53,843 bases of DNA, from NCBI GenBank assembly GCA_035510735.1, contig DATKGN010000002.1:69275-123117 (forward strand), written 5' to 3'. Every line of letters begins with the position of its first letter. Position 1 is the stretch's first letter. A model generated the notes under the pieces. It was not told the DNA's origin, did no database searches, and saw nothing but the letters and a program-made list of their open reading frames with translations. The stretch is from Patescibacteria group bacterium. GTDB taxonomy: Bacteria > Patescibacteriota > Microgenomatia > UBA10105 > UBA927. The position numbers were made by a program, and so were the translations under genes. Of the stretch, positions 1-10,421 are shown in pieces.

Positions 1-1155
1 CGGCCAGACGGCTTCAATAATCGCTTCCCGTTCACAGAGTTCATCCTCATGAGCTTTCAGGAATGTATAAAGTAAATGCTCCTTTTTGGTGAAATCCTTA
101 CCGGTTGTAAGAACCATCGACAGCGTGCCCAGATATTCAGCGAAAAGTTGACTGAAAAATGCTGTTTTCCCACCTTCATCACTTACGATCCCGGTGTTCC
201 ATAAATACTTTGCAGATTCTTTTTGCTCAGGCGACAGCGCATTTCCCTGTTTAATCTGCAGAAGCATCTCCTTTTCCACTTTCGTAAGACTCTCAAACAA
301 TTCCTCAGACTGAAAAACAATCTGTTCGTCTTTCGATAATAATGCAAAAAGATCTTCCCTCGCTTTTGGAATCGATTTTTCCTCATGAAGCCTGATGATC
401 GCAAGTTGGAGATATTGCACATATCCGCCGGATAGTTCAACCAGCGCGCCAGTTGTTTTATCATCAAATGCAGTATGATATTCGGCCTTTAGTGTGTCGA
501 CAATGGCGCTCACATCACCGCTTCCAACCGGCCTGAGATACATGTCTTTTGTGAAAATAGAGAGCGACTGCTTTTTAAACACGTCTGGCGCGAGATCTGA
601 TAAGGGGCGGTAGCTCGTGAATACATAACTCATCCGCTGTTTCACTGCGTCCCGAAGACCCAGGAGGTTACTGAAAAATTCAGGTGTTACGACATCCGCA
701 AGTCTATCGAATCGTAGCAAAAAGAGTGAAGGATAGAGGCCGCCTGCTACAAGCGCCTCGAGGACTTTGCGCACACTGTCGACGGTAAAAAATTGATCCT
801 TAAGCTGGATACTTTGTACGAAAAGACGTCGGCAACTGCGTTTTTCAGATTCGGGAAGTTTTGAGCGCTGTACGGCGTCAACAAGACGTGTGAGAAGAAG
901 CGTCCAGAACGCCGTAATATTCCGTTCAATGAGATCATTTAAATCAACGTGGACAAAGATGGGTTCTGATCCGTTTTTTACATACGTTTGAACGATTGCC
1001 TCATGGTACATGAAGAAACGAAGAAAATTGCTAATCCCGACCCGTTTCATTCCGACCAAAACGACCGAATGGCGGTGCTTGAGGTGATCTCCGAGCTCTG
1101 CCGCTTCAGCCTTCCTGAAGCTGATCGGGTAGCTTTCCTCAATGACGTGTTTCAT
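1..1155 (-). CDS. P-loop-like ATPase fused to a C-terminal OmpR/PhoB-type winged-helix domain (3' end cut by window edge)
   Basis: Absent from the ORF track because no stop lies in the window. My minus-strand translation is open from ATG 1155 to base 1 (MKHVIEESYPISF...HSVVLVGMKRVGISNFLRFF...KEHLLYTFLKAHEDELCEREAIIEAVWP). GMKRVGIS sits where a Walker A motif would be. The last ~35 aa look like an OmpR-type wHTH. Confidence 0.6.
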   Translation of the reverse strand, partial: MKHVIEESYPISFRKAEAAELGDHLKHRHSVVLVGMKRVGISNFLRFFMYHEAIVQTYVKNGSEPIFVHVDLNDLIERNITAFWTLLLTRLVDAVQRSKLPESEKRSCRRLFVQSIQLKDQFFTVDSVRKVLEALVAGGLYPSLFLLRFDRLADVVTPEFFSNLLGLRDAVKQRMSYVFTSYRPLSDLAPDVFKKQSLSIFTKDMYLRPVGSGDVSAIVDTLKAEYHTAFDDKTTGALVELSGGYVQYLQLAIIRLHEEKSIPKAREDLFALLSKDEQIVFQSEELFESLTKVEKEMLLQIKQGNALSPEQKESAKYLWNTGIVSDEGGKTAFFSQLFAEYLGTLSMVLTTGKDFTKKEHLLYTFLKAHEDELCEREAIIEAVWP

Positions 1156-1163
1156 ATCCGGCA

Positions 1164-1192
1164 ATTGTAACGTTAAAACCTAAAATTGACAA
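1164..1192 (-). promoter_or_regulatory. sigma70-like promoter TTGTCA-17-TACAAT, 8 nt upstream of ATG 1155
   Basis: Minus strand reads caattagcTTGTCAattttaggttttaacgtTACAATtgccggatATG. Confidence 0.45.
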
Positions 1193-1245
1193 GCTAATTG
1201 ATGCACAGAGATTTCCCAAAAAAATAGCGTCATCAGCCCGTTGAC

Positions 1246-1794
1246 ATGCATCGTCGTCTTGAAAGTCCTATAATGACCGTTATTATGAACGCGCAAGAGT
1301 GTTTGTCTATGCTTGATGATCCAACGAAAAGGATAAATGTTAGTCGTATTCAACCGAGACATATGGTACATGTTATGGAAAACGGCGTTGTTTCAACCGA
1401 CGGATATTTACCTCTTAATCAATTCAATGCAAATTTATATGAAAGTGGAATGATGGGAGTAATACTTGAAAACAACTCGTCTATTTCGTATGTTGGTCTT
1501 GATGCTCAGGTAAAAACGTATGATGATTACGTCGGAGATTTCAAATTTGCTCTAATAGTTAAACTAAAGGATAGGACAGTGCAATGGGAATCAACATTTC
1601 CTGATTTCCCTTCGCGATCTCCAGAGCCTCTTAAAGTCGGACATGTATTAACATACGCGGCCTTTGGTCGGGGTGAGTATTCCATTGAATATGGCGAAAT
1701 TGCATTCCTTTTGAATAGAATGTATGACGCCATTGAGTCTTTAGATCTTATATACAAGCACGAAATTCTTGAAGTATTACAAGATCGAACATAG
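1246..1794 (+). CDS. hypothetical protein (start uncertain; alternative ATGs at 1273 and 1285)
   Basis: 182-aa ORF with no recognisable motif. A TATAAT at 1269-1274 overlaps the early part, so the true start may be 1285. Confidence 0.5.
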   Translation: MHRRLESPIMTVIMNAQECLSMLDDPTKRINVSRIQPRHMVHVMENGVVSTDGYLPLNQFNANLYESGMMGVILENNSSISYVGLDAQVKTYDDYVGDFKFALIVKLKDRTVQWESTFPDFPSRSPEPLKVGHVLTYAAFGRGEYSIEYGEIAFLLNRMYDAIESLDLIYKHEILEVLQDRT

Positions 1795-1855
1795 CCTCAC
1801 GTATTCTCGCATTTAACTTTACTTCAGTATGAACCTATAGTATACTATTAGCTCC

Positions 1856-3187
1856 ATGAAAGTTATTGAGGCTATACATGAGTCTCCAACCCCTCAATTT
1901 GAACGAGCGAAAGGGCTGCTTCGCGAGCTCGGAGTCGTCATTCCGGGAGAAGAAGAACTGTATGTCATCTTCAAACAAAGCATCAGTGAACTTGGCCCGA
2001 ATCGCGGCTACCCCAGCCTTATTGAGCCACGAACTAACGAAAAGATGAAACCTGATTCAACAGCTCTGGTCGTTGAATATGGCGGAACAAACAAACACGT
2101 AACCCTTTTTCGCGCAACAGCTGATAATGCGCTTGAAATCGTAACCGGAACCGACGGGTGGCCCATACAACGAGAACTACCGTTTCTGACAAAGAAATTT
2201 GCCACCGCTCATGAATTCTATGCAGACATCGTAAATTCATTATCACCAGCACTCTCCCGTATACCCCGCGAAGTCACTATTGATGCGCTGAGTATTATTG
2301 ACTCTTTCGAATTCGATTCGATACGAACTGCTCATGGTATAGAAGGTAAACCGAAGGAAGAAATGCCAAAAGGATTTGATGTGCCTGGTGTTTCCGATAC
2401 CTATGTGGGGAAAGCTATACGGGAGCTATTTCAAGAATCCGGTATCCCGATCCCGGACAACACGCCCACCATTGTGATGAATGACGGAGTTGCGGTCATG
2501 TTGGCACAAGCTCACGTCCGCATCGCTATGATTCTTGCATCAGGACTCGGAGGTGGCCGTGCCGCGCTTCATAATGGAGTATTACAAATTCAAAATATAG
2601 AACCCGGTAACGTCAACGGTCTCCCTATGTCAAAACTCGAAAGAACACTCAATAAAATAAGCACTACTCCTGGAACATTTGAGTCGGAAACTATGGTGAG
2701 CGGTTACAATCTCGAACGAGAGCTTGTAGAACTCGTGAATATGTTCCGTTTCGTATCACCACCCATTCTTGATGTTGCGGTAAAGCGCCCGTTACGCACA
2801 AAGGATCTTTCAAGAATTCTCAGCCTCAACACTGGTGATCACGATGAACTCCGAAGCGTGCTTATCGGGCTCCAATCTGACAGCGAATCAATGGGAGTGT
2901 TAAATCATGTTGCCTACATATTATGTAAACGGTCAGCGCTTATCGCGGGCAATGTGTTTGCCGGAGCAGTCGCCGCGACACCCGGTATTTTTCCCGACGA
3001 TGGACACCCTTTCGTTTGGCCAATTGAGGGCCCGCCATTTTGGAAGATTTCCGGTTACCATCAAACCGTAAAATCCGTCGTGGAAGATCGGCTGAACCGA
3101 CCGGTTGATTTTACTCCGGCATCGGGAAGATACGGCGCGGCATTTGGTGCAATACGAATGCTTAACGAACGACACCATTATTTCTAG
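1856..3187 (+). CDS. hexokinase-fold (ASKHA) sugar kinase-like protein
   Basis: The order of motifs resembles hexokinases: VVEYGGTNKHV (LGGTNFRV-like), VMNDGVAVML (NDT-like), ILASGLGGG, FESETMVSGYNLE (FEKxxSGxYLGE-like), C-terminal SGRYGAAFGA. Confidence 0.55.
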   Translation: MKVIEAIHESPTPQFERAKGLLRELGVVIPGEEELYVIFKQSISELGPNRGYPSLIEPRTNEKMKPDSTALVVEYGGTNKHVTLFRATADNALEIVTGTDGWPIQRELPFLTKKFATAHEFYADIVNSLSPALSRIPREVTIDALSIIDSFEFDSIRTAHGIEGKPKEEMPKGFDVPGVSDTYVGKAIRELFQESGIPIPDNTPTIVMNDGVAVMLAQAHVRIAMILASGLGGGRAALHNGVLQIQNIEPGNVNGLPMSKLERTLNKISTTPGTFESETMVSGYNLERELVELVNMFRFVSPPILDVAVKRPLRTKDLSRILSLNTGDHDELRSVLIGLQSDSESMGVLNHVAYILCKRSALIAGNVFAGAVAATPGIFPDDGHPFVWPIEGPPFWKISGYHQTVKSVVEDRLNRPVDFTPASGRYGAAFGAIRMLNERHHYF

Positions 3188-3191
3188 ACGT

Positions 3192-4133
3192 ATGAATGAA
3201 ACGCCTTTAACAATCAATGACCTCTCAATACTCCGAGAAAATCCGACATTCGGAAGGATTGGGATGGATCAGTTGCCCCTTGAAATAACAAAACAGTATC
3301 GTGAAGCATTCAGTAACTTATCATATCCACGGCAACACCCAGCGATACCGATTATTGCACAAACAGAAAAGGCTATAGCTGATATGTGTGCGATATTAGC
3401 CCTGCCTACCGGACACGTAATGAACGAGGTGGGAAATTGGGTAAATTTTGGAAATTATCCCGGCTACGAAACTCCGGAATGTATTCAAATTCCCGGGGCA
3501 GAATCCTCTGAGGATCCGATGGCTCAATTAAGAATCCGAGTTCGCCACCAACCTAATTTTCACAATGTCGAAGGAGTGTCTGTTGAACAAGGAACATTGT
3601 TTAACCCGAAGCGGGACAGCGGGTATTTCTTTTCACATATACAGACTATGAATTCCGACCAATTTTTCGCTCAGTTTAGTCATCACTGGGGGGCCGAAGT
3701 CGATAGACAAATGAATGACCAACAAAATATACGCTACCTTCTTAAAGGCAACGGTCACGTAAATTCAATCATGACCCGTGACGTTCGCACGAAACTTCCT
3801 GATGTGACACAAGGCGTACTGCGTGCGGGATTCTTAAACGAATTATCGTACAAGATGTTCATGTTTACCGGCCAAACATTCGGAATAGAAAATCCGGTAG
3901 ATTCAATTATGGAGATATACAACGGATCCGGCGATATGAATGGGTACTATCTCAAGTTTAAGGAAGCGCAGGAGTACACCAGGAAGGTACTAGGACTATC
4001 AGATATACATGCTCAGCAAGAACAGGCTGCAGCCTTGATAACACCGCAACTTACTGACTGGGGATTCACACAGCGTAGAGTATTTGAAATACCAAAATAC
4101 AAGCTTATTATTTGTGCCGCTCATAAACCGTGA
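3192..4133 (+). CDS. hypothetical protein
   Basis: Track ORF 3105..4133 trimmed to ATG 3192 (MNETPLTIND), which lies just after the stop of the upstream gene (3187). No motif recognised. Confidence 0.6.
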   Translation: MNETPLTINDLSILRENPTFGRIGMDQLPLEITKQYREAFSNLSYPRQHPAIPIIAQTEKAIADMCAILALPTGHVMNEVGNWVNFGNYPGYETPECIQIPGAESSEDPMAQLRIRVRHQPNFHNVEGVSVEQGTLFNPKRDSGYFFSHIQTMNSDQFFAQFSHHWGAEVDRQMNDQQNIRYLLKGNGHVNSIMTRDVRTKLPDVTQGVLRAGFLNELSYKMFMFTGQTFGIENPVDSIMEIYNGSGDMNGYYLKFKEAQEYTRKVLGLSDIHAQQEQAAALITPQLTDWGFTQRRVFEIPKYKLIICAAHKP

Positions 4134-4254
4134 AGTCTATTAGCCTCAAGCGCGTGAAATGTCAGCCGCTTGTCAGCTAAAATTTGCCTCATCGTCAAGC
4201 TAAATCCAGGATTATACCCGATAATATCAAAGTCACAAAGTGTGTGGCTAATTT

Positions 4255-5919
4255 ATGACAAACTATGAAATATTAGAATTGCCACGTGGCTCGGATATTG
4301 ATCCTAATTTGCGGCTCGAAACGGAGCTTGGGGCTCCTGTATTCGTCAGGTCGCTTCTTTATCTTAACCCACATCATCCTGCGTGGCCCAAGACTACTAA
4401 AGAAGACAATACATTACGTAATTTTCTCTCCCGCATACGGGGTGAGGAAACTATTATCAATTGGGATTGGGACCATACGATATCCGAACTAAAACCTCAA
4501 TTAACACTTCCTGACTGGGACGAGATTTTTCCACCGAGACCCCAGTTCGAGGAGCAGGAGGTTTTCCTTCTTGACCCGTCCAAGCATCTGGATAAGGAAG
4601 GAAAAAGCGTTGAACTCGAGAATATTGATCTCCTTCTGATCGCCGCACTGGAACGCGGTATTGTCATAAATATTGAAACCGGCAAAGATGCCAATGCATG
4701 GCGTTGGGAAATGTATATGAAGGACCGTATGCCATATATTCAGAACAAACTCCAGGAAAACGGGCATGAATTCGGGTACTACAATGACGGCAGACTGAAA
4801 ACAAAAACCGATAAATCGTATGCACCGGTTATTATTACATTCAGCGTTGGAAACGGTGGATACACCGAGGACCTCATATCTGGTGAAGTGATTGTGTATA
4901 AACCTATTCCTTTATCCGGCTGGGAAGGATTACAACGCGAAGGGGACCTGCTTCGTGATTCAACGAAACAGGCGAGAAAAGATCTTATAAAGAAAAAGCT
5001 TCCTCCGCGAATACCATACGATATCAGTAAAGACATCTATGAGCTGAATCAGGCTGACAGGTTTCCTGTTCCGCACACACAGCAAATGCATGAAGTTGAT
5101 TTAAGCCCTATAACACGACGCGACCAACTTTTTCGGGAAGTGGCACCGCAACTGACTGATTTAGAACAGGAACATCGGGCGCTGCTTATTAACGATATTC
5201 AGGATTTTGCAGTGAGCGTAGCAGGAATCGGCACCAAGGCCAACCTTGTTATGGATCTTGACAGGATCGTTAGCGACCCGTCCCTCAACAAGCGGTGGAA
5301 AGAAAAAACCGGAGTTAGAATAACAGACGGCAGAACGTTGTTTCTCGCATTTAAACGTCTGTCTCGTGATTGGAATATTAACTGTGCCCGTGCGTATGCA
5401 CAAGGAGTGACGTATATCGATATTTCATCCGGCAATTCAGACGATGATGCTGATCAATTATGGCAAATTCATAAAGAAAATGGCGGCCGCTGGGTAAAAA
5501 ATTACGCCCAAGGACTCAAACGGATATATCGTAGGGAAGAGTTAGGCATTACGGATGAATCGTTTGTTCCGCAAATACCCAAAATGCATACCTGCTCTGG
5601 CGGCGACGCTCCCGGAGATGAAAAATATGAATCAACAAACGACGCAACGATGTTGCAACATGCAGGCGGATTTACGGATGATATATCCGACGGGCGGCGC
5701 CCAAATCACAATGGATGGCCGATTTATCTAAATGATTATTATGGCTTGAACAACGAAGTTGAACTTATTAATCGAGTCTTACGCGACTTTATCATCGGCC
5801 ACGGTCACCCGGATAAAAAACGGAGAATTGAGAGCCGAAGAAGAAGACTGGACAATTTGCTAAATATTATAGCATTGGAACGTCAGCTCCAATGGACTCA
5901 AAACCCAAATACGCAGTAA
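4255..5919 (+). CDS. hypothetical 554-aa protein, possibly a very divergent HAD-IIB-type phosphatase
   Basis: IINWDWDHT fits HAD motif I (hhhhDxDxT). INIETGK could be motif II. SGGDAPGDEKYESTNDATMLQHAG resembles GDxxNDxxML (motif IV). These are weak, motif-level matches only. Confidence 0.5.
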   Translation: MTNYEILELPRGSDIDPNLRLETELGAPVFVRSLLYLNPHHPAWPKTTKEDNTLRNFLSRIRGEETIINWDWDHTISELKPQLTLPDWDEIFPPRPQFEEQEVFLLDPSKHLDKEGKSVELENIDLLLIAALERGIVINIETGKDANAWRWEMYMKDRMPYIQNKLQENGHEFGYYNDGRLKTKTDKSYAPVIITFSVGNGGYTEDLISGEVIVYKPIPLSGWEGLQREGDLLRDSTKQARKDLIKKKLPPRIPYDISKDIYELNQADRFPVPHTQQMHEVDLSPITRRDQLFREVAPQLTDLEQEHRALLINDIQDFAVSVAGIGTKANLVMDLDRIVSDPSLNKRWKEKTGVRITDGRTLFLAFKRLSRDWNINCARAYAQGVTYIDISSGNSDDDADQLWQIHKENGGRWVKNYAQGLKRIYRREELGITDESFVPQIPKMHTCSGGDAPGDEKYESTNDATMLQHAGGFTDDISDGRRPNHNGWPIYLNDYYGLNNEVELINRVLRDFIIGHGHPDKKRRIESRRRRLDNLLNIIALERQLQWTQNPNTQ

Positions 5920-5971
5920 TTAAATTATTGACTTTTTCACACGAACTCAGTACATTCCAAGTATCATCAAT

Positions 5972-7042
5972 ATGACGTCAACTAACTTGCAATCGATAAG
6001 CGCCAATTTTGTCCGAGAACTTAGTGACGCACAAAACGGCAAAAAGACGAGTCTTCCGTTCATCATCCACCAGCTTCCAAAAACCCCGATCGTCAAAGAA
6101 AATGAACCGTTCCAGGTCCTTAAAATCGGCGGCTCGATACTGCAAAACTCTCACGTCGTAAGACAGGGAAGCGACATTATCATCAAAACACTGGTTGAAG
6201 AGCAACTGCCTGTCATGACCACCAAAGATGTATTTCTTTCAGTTATCGATAAGCATCTCGATCCACAGGTATCGACGGTTGCTATAAACTTTGCCTATCC
6301 GATGCAACCGGTCTTTGAAAACGGGAAACTGGACGGAATCCTTGTGCAGGGGACAAAAGAACATTCATTTTTGGGCCTTGTCGGGCAACAATTAGGGAAA
6401 ACCATCGAGCTCTATACGAATGCAAAATACGGCCGAAACATTAACGTATCTATGGCAAACGATACGATCTGTTTAACCCTTGCCGGCTTAATCCGGCATA
6501 CGGCCTCCGAGTTAAGCGGAGGGGTGGTCGGAACGGGCCTTAACTTTGCCGTATTTCTTGATGACTCGCACCTCGTGAATCTGGAAGCCGCTAATTTCGA
6601 CAAATTTACGCAGTCGGATGAGGGAAAACAGATCGACGCCCAATCACTCACCAAAGGACGGTCATTTTTCGAGAAAGAAGTCGCAGGCGGATACCTTTTC
6701 CATCATTTCAATATTCTCCTCACGAAAAACCAGATCAAACACCCGGCGCTTGAATCCACCCATCAGATGGACAGGATCGCGCGCGGGAACATTTACAAAG
6801 CCACGAAGATCGCACGGCAGTTATTTGAACATTCAGCTCAGCTCCTCGCATGTGAAATCGCAGGAATTACGGAATTTAAAAAACGTGATATGGTATTTGT
6901 CATGGAAGGCAGTCTTTTCTGGATCGGTTGGAATTATAAATCAATGGTGGAAAAGTATATACGAGAATTAACCAAATATAAAGTTACGTTCGAGGAAATC
7001 AAAGACTGCGGTATTATCGGCGCTGCCAAACTGGTGACCTAG
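5972..7042 (+). CDS. hexokinase-family sugar kinase
   Basis: VLKIGGSILQ, AINFAYPMQP (FTFSFP-like), SMANDTICLTLAG, GVVGTGLNFAVF, FEKEVAGGYLFHHF, MEGSLFW, CGIIGAAKL follow the hexokinase motif order. Confidence 0.65.
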   Translation: MTSTNLQSISANFVRELSDAQNGKKTSLPFIIHQLPKTPIVKENEPFQVLKIGGSILQNSHVVRQGSDIIIKTLVEEQLPVMTTKDVFLSVIDKHLDPQVSTVAINFAYPMQPVFENGKLDGILVQGTKEHSFLGLVGQQLGKTIELYTNAKYGRNINVSMANDTICLTLAGLIRHTASELSGGVVGTGLNFAVFLDDSHLVNLEAANFDKFTQSDEGKQIDAQSLTKGRSFFEKEVAGGYLFHHFNILLTKNQIKHPALESTHQMDRIARGNIYKATKIARQLFEHSAQLLACEIAGITEFKKRDMVFVMEGSLFWIGWNYKSMVEKYIRELTKYKVTFEEIKDCGIIGAAKLVT

Positions 7043-7047
7043 ACACT

Positions 7048-8034
7048 ATGGACGCTCATTCTCCTTCGGTTTACTGCTTCGGTGAAGCGCTTGTTGATGG
7101 ATTTGTTGGAAATCACACAAACGGTAAAGAACAGGAGCATAGCGGCGCCATCGAATATACCCTCGGCGGCGCTCCGACCAACACAGCGGCGGGACTTGCC
7201 AAATTGGGTGTGAACGTATCGCTTATTGCAGAAGTTGGCGATGATGAGTATGGCAAATCCATTCGGAATGAACTTGTAGAACACGGCGTCCATATAGAAC
7301 ACGTATTGGTCAATGAATCTGAGCCGACAACCCGGGCAATGGTGACGTTAGGACCCAGCGGCGCGCGCAGTTTTGATTTCTTTCGCGGAGCTCATGAGAA
7401 GATTACTCCACGGGATGTATCGCTACCAAACGAAACCTTTCTCCTTCATTTCGGAAGCATTATGCAAATAGGCGAGACTGGCGCCCAAGCCACACAAAAA
7501 CTCATATCCCAGGCGAAAAAGCACGGTACGATCCTTTCCTATGACCCGAATATCAGAGAAAAACTCTGGGAGAATCTCAATCGTGCCCGTGATGTCATTC
7601 TCGCTACCGCAAAAGAAGTCGATATATTAAAGATCAGCGAAGAAGAAGCACATATTCTTTCCCCTGACACGACGTTTGAGGAAGCGGCACAACAATTATG
7701 TACCGATAATCTTGAAATTCTTATCATCACGCGCGGGAGAGAGGGATGTTATTTTATGACGAAAAAATTTAATGGCTACTTACCGACAATATCCGTTGAT
7801 GCCGTGGACACAACCGGTGCGGGGGATGCATTTAACGCGGGATTCATTTACCAACTACTTCGGACCAAAAAACGTGTGTCTGAGTTAACACGGAAAGAAC
7901 TCGAGCAAAAACTACGGTTCGCCGAGGTTGTTGGTTCCCTCACGACAACAAAAAAAGGTGCACTGACCGCATTTCCCACAATTCACGAAATATACATGTA
8001 TACTGATTTTATCCAAAACATACAACCGACATAA
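7048..8034 (+). CDS. PfkB-family carbohydrate kinase (fructokinase-like)
   Basis: N-terminal VYCFGEALVD and C-terminal DTTGAGDAFNAGF (PfkB signature). Confidence 0.8.
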   Translation: MDAHSPSVYCFGEALVDGFVGNHTNGKEQEHSGAIEYTLGGAPTNTAAGLAKLGVNVSLIAEVGDDEYGKSIRNELVEHGVHIEHVLVNESEPTTRAMVTLGPSGARSFDFFRGAHEKITPRDVSLPNETFLLHFGSIMQIGETGAQATQKLISQAKKHGTILSYDPNIREKLWENLNRARDVILATAKEVDILKISEEEAHILSPDTTFEEAAQQLCTDNLEILIITRGREGCYFMTKKFNGYLPTISVDAVDTTGAGDAFNAGFIYQLLRTKKRVSELTRKELEQKLRFAEVVGSLTTTKKGALTAFPTIHEIYMYTDFIQNIQPT

Positions 8035-8044
8035 GGAGGTATCG

Positions 8045-9301
8045 ATGATTACACACAAAGCGAGCGACCAAAACGAACCTAGCATTTTACAAAGAATTGA
8101 AAAATTAAGAGAACAGTTTACTGATGTATATCAATCTCCGCCGACGGTCATTTCAAGAGCGCCCGGCCGGGCAGAAATCCTCGGATGCCACACGGACTAC
8201 AACTTCGGATTTGCCCTTGCGGCAGGAATCAGCAGAAGTACCTTAGGATTCTTCAGCAAGAGAACGGATAATAATATTCATGCTGCATCCACGGCTTATC
8301 CGGGAGAACCCGTTGAATTTTCTTTAACGCATATATCGTGCGATGAAAAAAATACTTGGGTGAATTATGTCCGCGCAGTTGTCCGCGAATTACTACAAAA
8401 CGGGTATCACATCGGCGGAGCGAATATCCTCATTGACAGTACGGTACCCAAATCCGGGGGCGTTTCAAGTTCTGCAGCGCTCGAACTTGCCGTTGCATTC
8501 GGACTTCTTGCGCTTTATAAGCAAAAAATCGACCGAACAAAAATCGCGCTCGCGTGTAAAACCGCAGAAAACAGCGATCTCGTCAAGAGCCCGTGCGGAT
8601 TTTTGGACCAGGGGGCATCGGCATTCGCCAAAGACGGTGCGATGGTGTTCTTTGATTTCCTACCGAAAGGGGATTCCCCGGTTTCAAGCGTCCGCGTCGT
8701 TGATGCAAAACTCAATCCCAAGGAGGTCTCATTTGTCATACCAGTTGATCTGACGCTTGAGCGGCAATTGGGGGAAACCGGCTATGTCGCGAGACGTAAA
8801 ATGTGTGAAGACAGCCTGCCATTTTGGAGTGACGTTCTTCATAAAGAAGTTAAGAGCCTTCGTGACGTAGCTCTCAGCGACTTTCTGAAATTCCGTAGTG
8901 CCCTCGAAAAGAAAAACCAGGTCATGAGAAAACGCGTGGAACACATAATTTATGAGAATGATAGGGTGATGAAGGCATTACCGGCGCTGAAAAACGGAGA
9001 TCTGGCGACATTTGGGCGATTATTAACAGAATCCGGAGTGAGCGGGCTCACATTATACGGTCTTGACGAAAACACACCACAACTCACATTCCTGGTCACC
9101 TATGGAAGGACATTGCCGGGTGTGTTGGGGATGCGAAATATGGGTGGTGGGTTTTCCGCAATTGCCCTTGCCTTGGTAAAAAAACAAGCGATGAAATCAT
9201 TTCAGAAAACACTGAGCGAGGCCTACAAAAAGAAGTTTCACAGGACGCTTACCTATATTGAATTTTCCCTTACTCAGGGAGCTGAAGTTTTATATGCTTG
9301 A
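8045..9301 (+). CDS. galK: galactokinase
   Basis: RAPGRAEILGCHTDYN (galactokinase signature) and GHMP motif PKSGGVSSSAALE. Strong SD, GGAGGtatcgATG. Confidence 0.9.
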   Translation: MITHKASDQNEPSILQRIEKLREQFTDVYQSPPTVISRAPGRAEILGCHTDYNFGFALAAGISRSTLGFFSKRTDNNIHAASTAYPGEPVEFSLTHISCDEKNTWVNYVRAVVRELLQNGYHIGGANILIDSTVPKSGGVSSSAALELAVAFGLLALYKQKIDRTKIALACKTAENSDLVKSPCGFLDQGASAFAKDGAMVFFDFLPKGDSPVSSVRVVDAKLNPKEVSFVIPVDLTLERQLGETGYVARRKMCEDSLPFWSDVLHKEVKSLRDVALSDFLKFRSALEKKNQVMRKRVEHIIYENDRVMKALPALKNGDLATFGRLLTESGVSGLTLYGLDENTPQLTFLVTYGRTLPGVLGMRNMGGGFSAIALALVKKQAMKSFQKTLSEAYKKKFHRTLTYIEFSLTQGAEVLYA

Positions 9302-10421
9302 TACATTCGACGGCGCCAAATCACATTCGATAAATCGGCGTACGAAGCGCCACCCTGTTTCAACCCTGAGCGATGGTGAGCGAAGGCGAACCGGAGTCGA
9401 ACGGGTCGATTTTTCCCTACCGCACCGCCGCTACAACCCCTTAACGGGCGATTGGATTTTGGTTTCACCACAGCGTACTAAGCGTCCGTGGCAGGGAAGT
9501 ATCGAAGCGGTTGCTCTCGACGTAATTCCTGACTATGACCCCGCATGTTATCTGTGTCCCGGTAATACCCGAGCAAGCGGCCAGGTCAATGAGAACTATA
9601 CCGGCACATTTGTTTTCACCAACGATCACCCGTCCTTGCTTCCCGACCCGCCCCCGGGTACATATAAAACCGGCGATCTCATGGTTGCCCAGCAGGAACG
9701 GGGCACATCGAGAGTCGTCTGTTATACGCCCCACCATAACCGCACGATGGCGCAAATGAACGAGCAGGAAATAGTCGACGTGATAAAAACATGGGAGCAT
9801 GAATACGAAACAATAGGGGATTCGCCAAACATTTCCTACGTCCAGATATTCGAAAATAAAGGCGGGCTCATGGGCCCCAGCAGCCCCCATCCGCACAGCC
9901 AGATCTGGGCAAACGAACATCTCCCGACCATTATACAAAAGGAGCAAACCAACCAAAAGCAATTCCTAAAAAATCATAATGAACCATTGCTTCCTGCATA
10001 TCTTCGGGAGGAAATGAAGGAAGACAAAAGGATAGTTCTTGAAAATCAATCGTTCGTTTGTCTCGTTCCGTTTTGGGCAACATGGCCTTATGAAACAATG
10101 ATTCTTCCGAAAGAACAAAGGCAATCATTAAGTGATCTGAATCGCAAAGATCAAAGAGATCTCGCCGGCATCCTTCTTCACATAACAAGGCGTTATGACA
10201 ATCTGTTTAACACACCATTCCCGTATTCCATGGGCATCCATCAAAAACCCACCGATAAAAAACCGCATGGAGAGTGGCAATTCCATATGCATTTTTATCC
10301 GCCACTGCTTCGCAGTGCAACGGTCAAAAAACATTATGTCGGCTATGAAATGTTTGCCGAAGGCCAGCGCGATATTAGCCCTGAGGCAGCAGCAGCGACA
10401 TTGCGAGGACTCCATGAATAA
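9294..10421 (+). CDS. galT: galactose-1-phosphate uridylyltransferase
   Basis: RYNPLTGDWILVSPQRTKRPWQG, CYLCPGN, HPHSQIW (HxH active site). ATG 9294 overlaps the galK stop (ATGCTTGA). The track start at 9258 is a TTG extension. Confidence 0.9.
   Translation: MLDTFDGAKSHSINRRTKRHPVSTLSDGERRRTGVERVDFSLPHRRYNPLTGDWILVSPQRTKRPWQGSIEAVALDVIPDYDPACYLCPGNTRASGQVNENYTGTFVFTNDHPSLLPDPPPGTYKTGDLMVAQQERGTSRVVCYTPHHNRTMAQMNEQEIVDVIKTWEHEYETIGDSPNISYVQIFENKGGLMGPSSPHPHSQIWANEHLPTIIQKEQTNQKQFLKNHNEPLLPAYLREEMKEDKRIVLENQSFVCLVPFWATWPYETMILPKEQRQSLSDLNRKDQRDLAGILLHITRRYDNLFNTPFPYSMGIHQKPTDKKPHGEWQFHMHFYPPLLRSATVKKHYVGYEMFAEGQRDISPEAAAATLRGLHE

Noticed and set aside
988-1170. Track ORF 988..1170 (+).
   Set aside because: It lies antisense to the long open minus-strand frame 1..1155, which carries the ATPase/wHTH features and its own promoter.
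9465-9962. Long antisense or overlapping track ORFs inside well-supported genes: 9465..9962, 16659..17183, 17520..18026, 20786..21367, 22421..22765, 36726..37211, 46702..47262 and many 60-100 aa ones.
   Set aside because: Each is fully embedded in a gene with clear family motifs on the other strand or frame, and has Arg/Ser/Cys-rich shadow-ORF composition.
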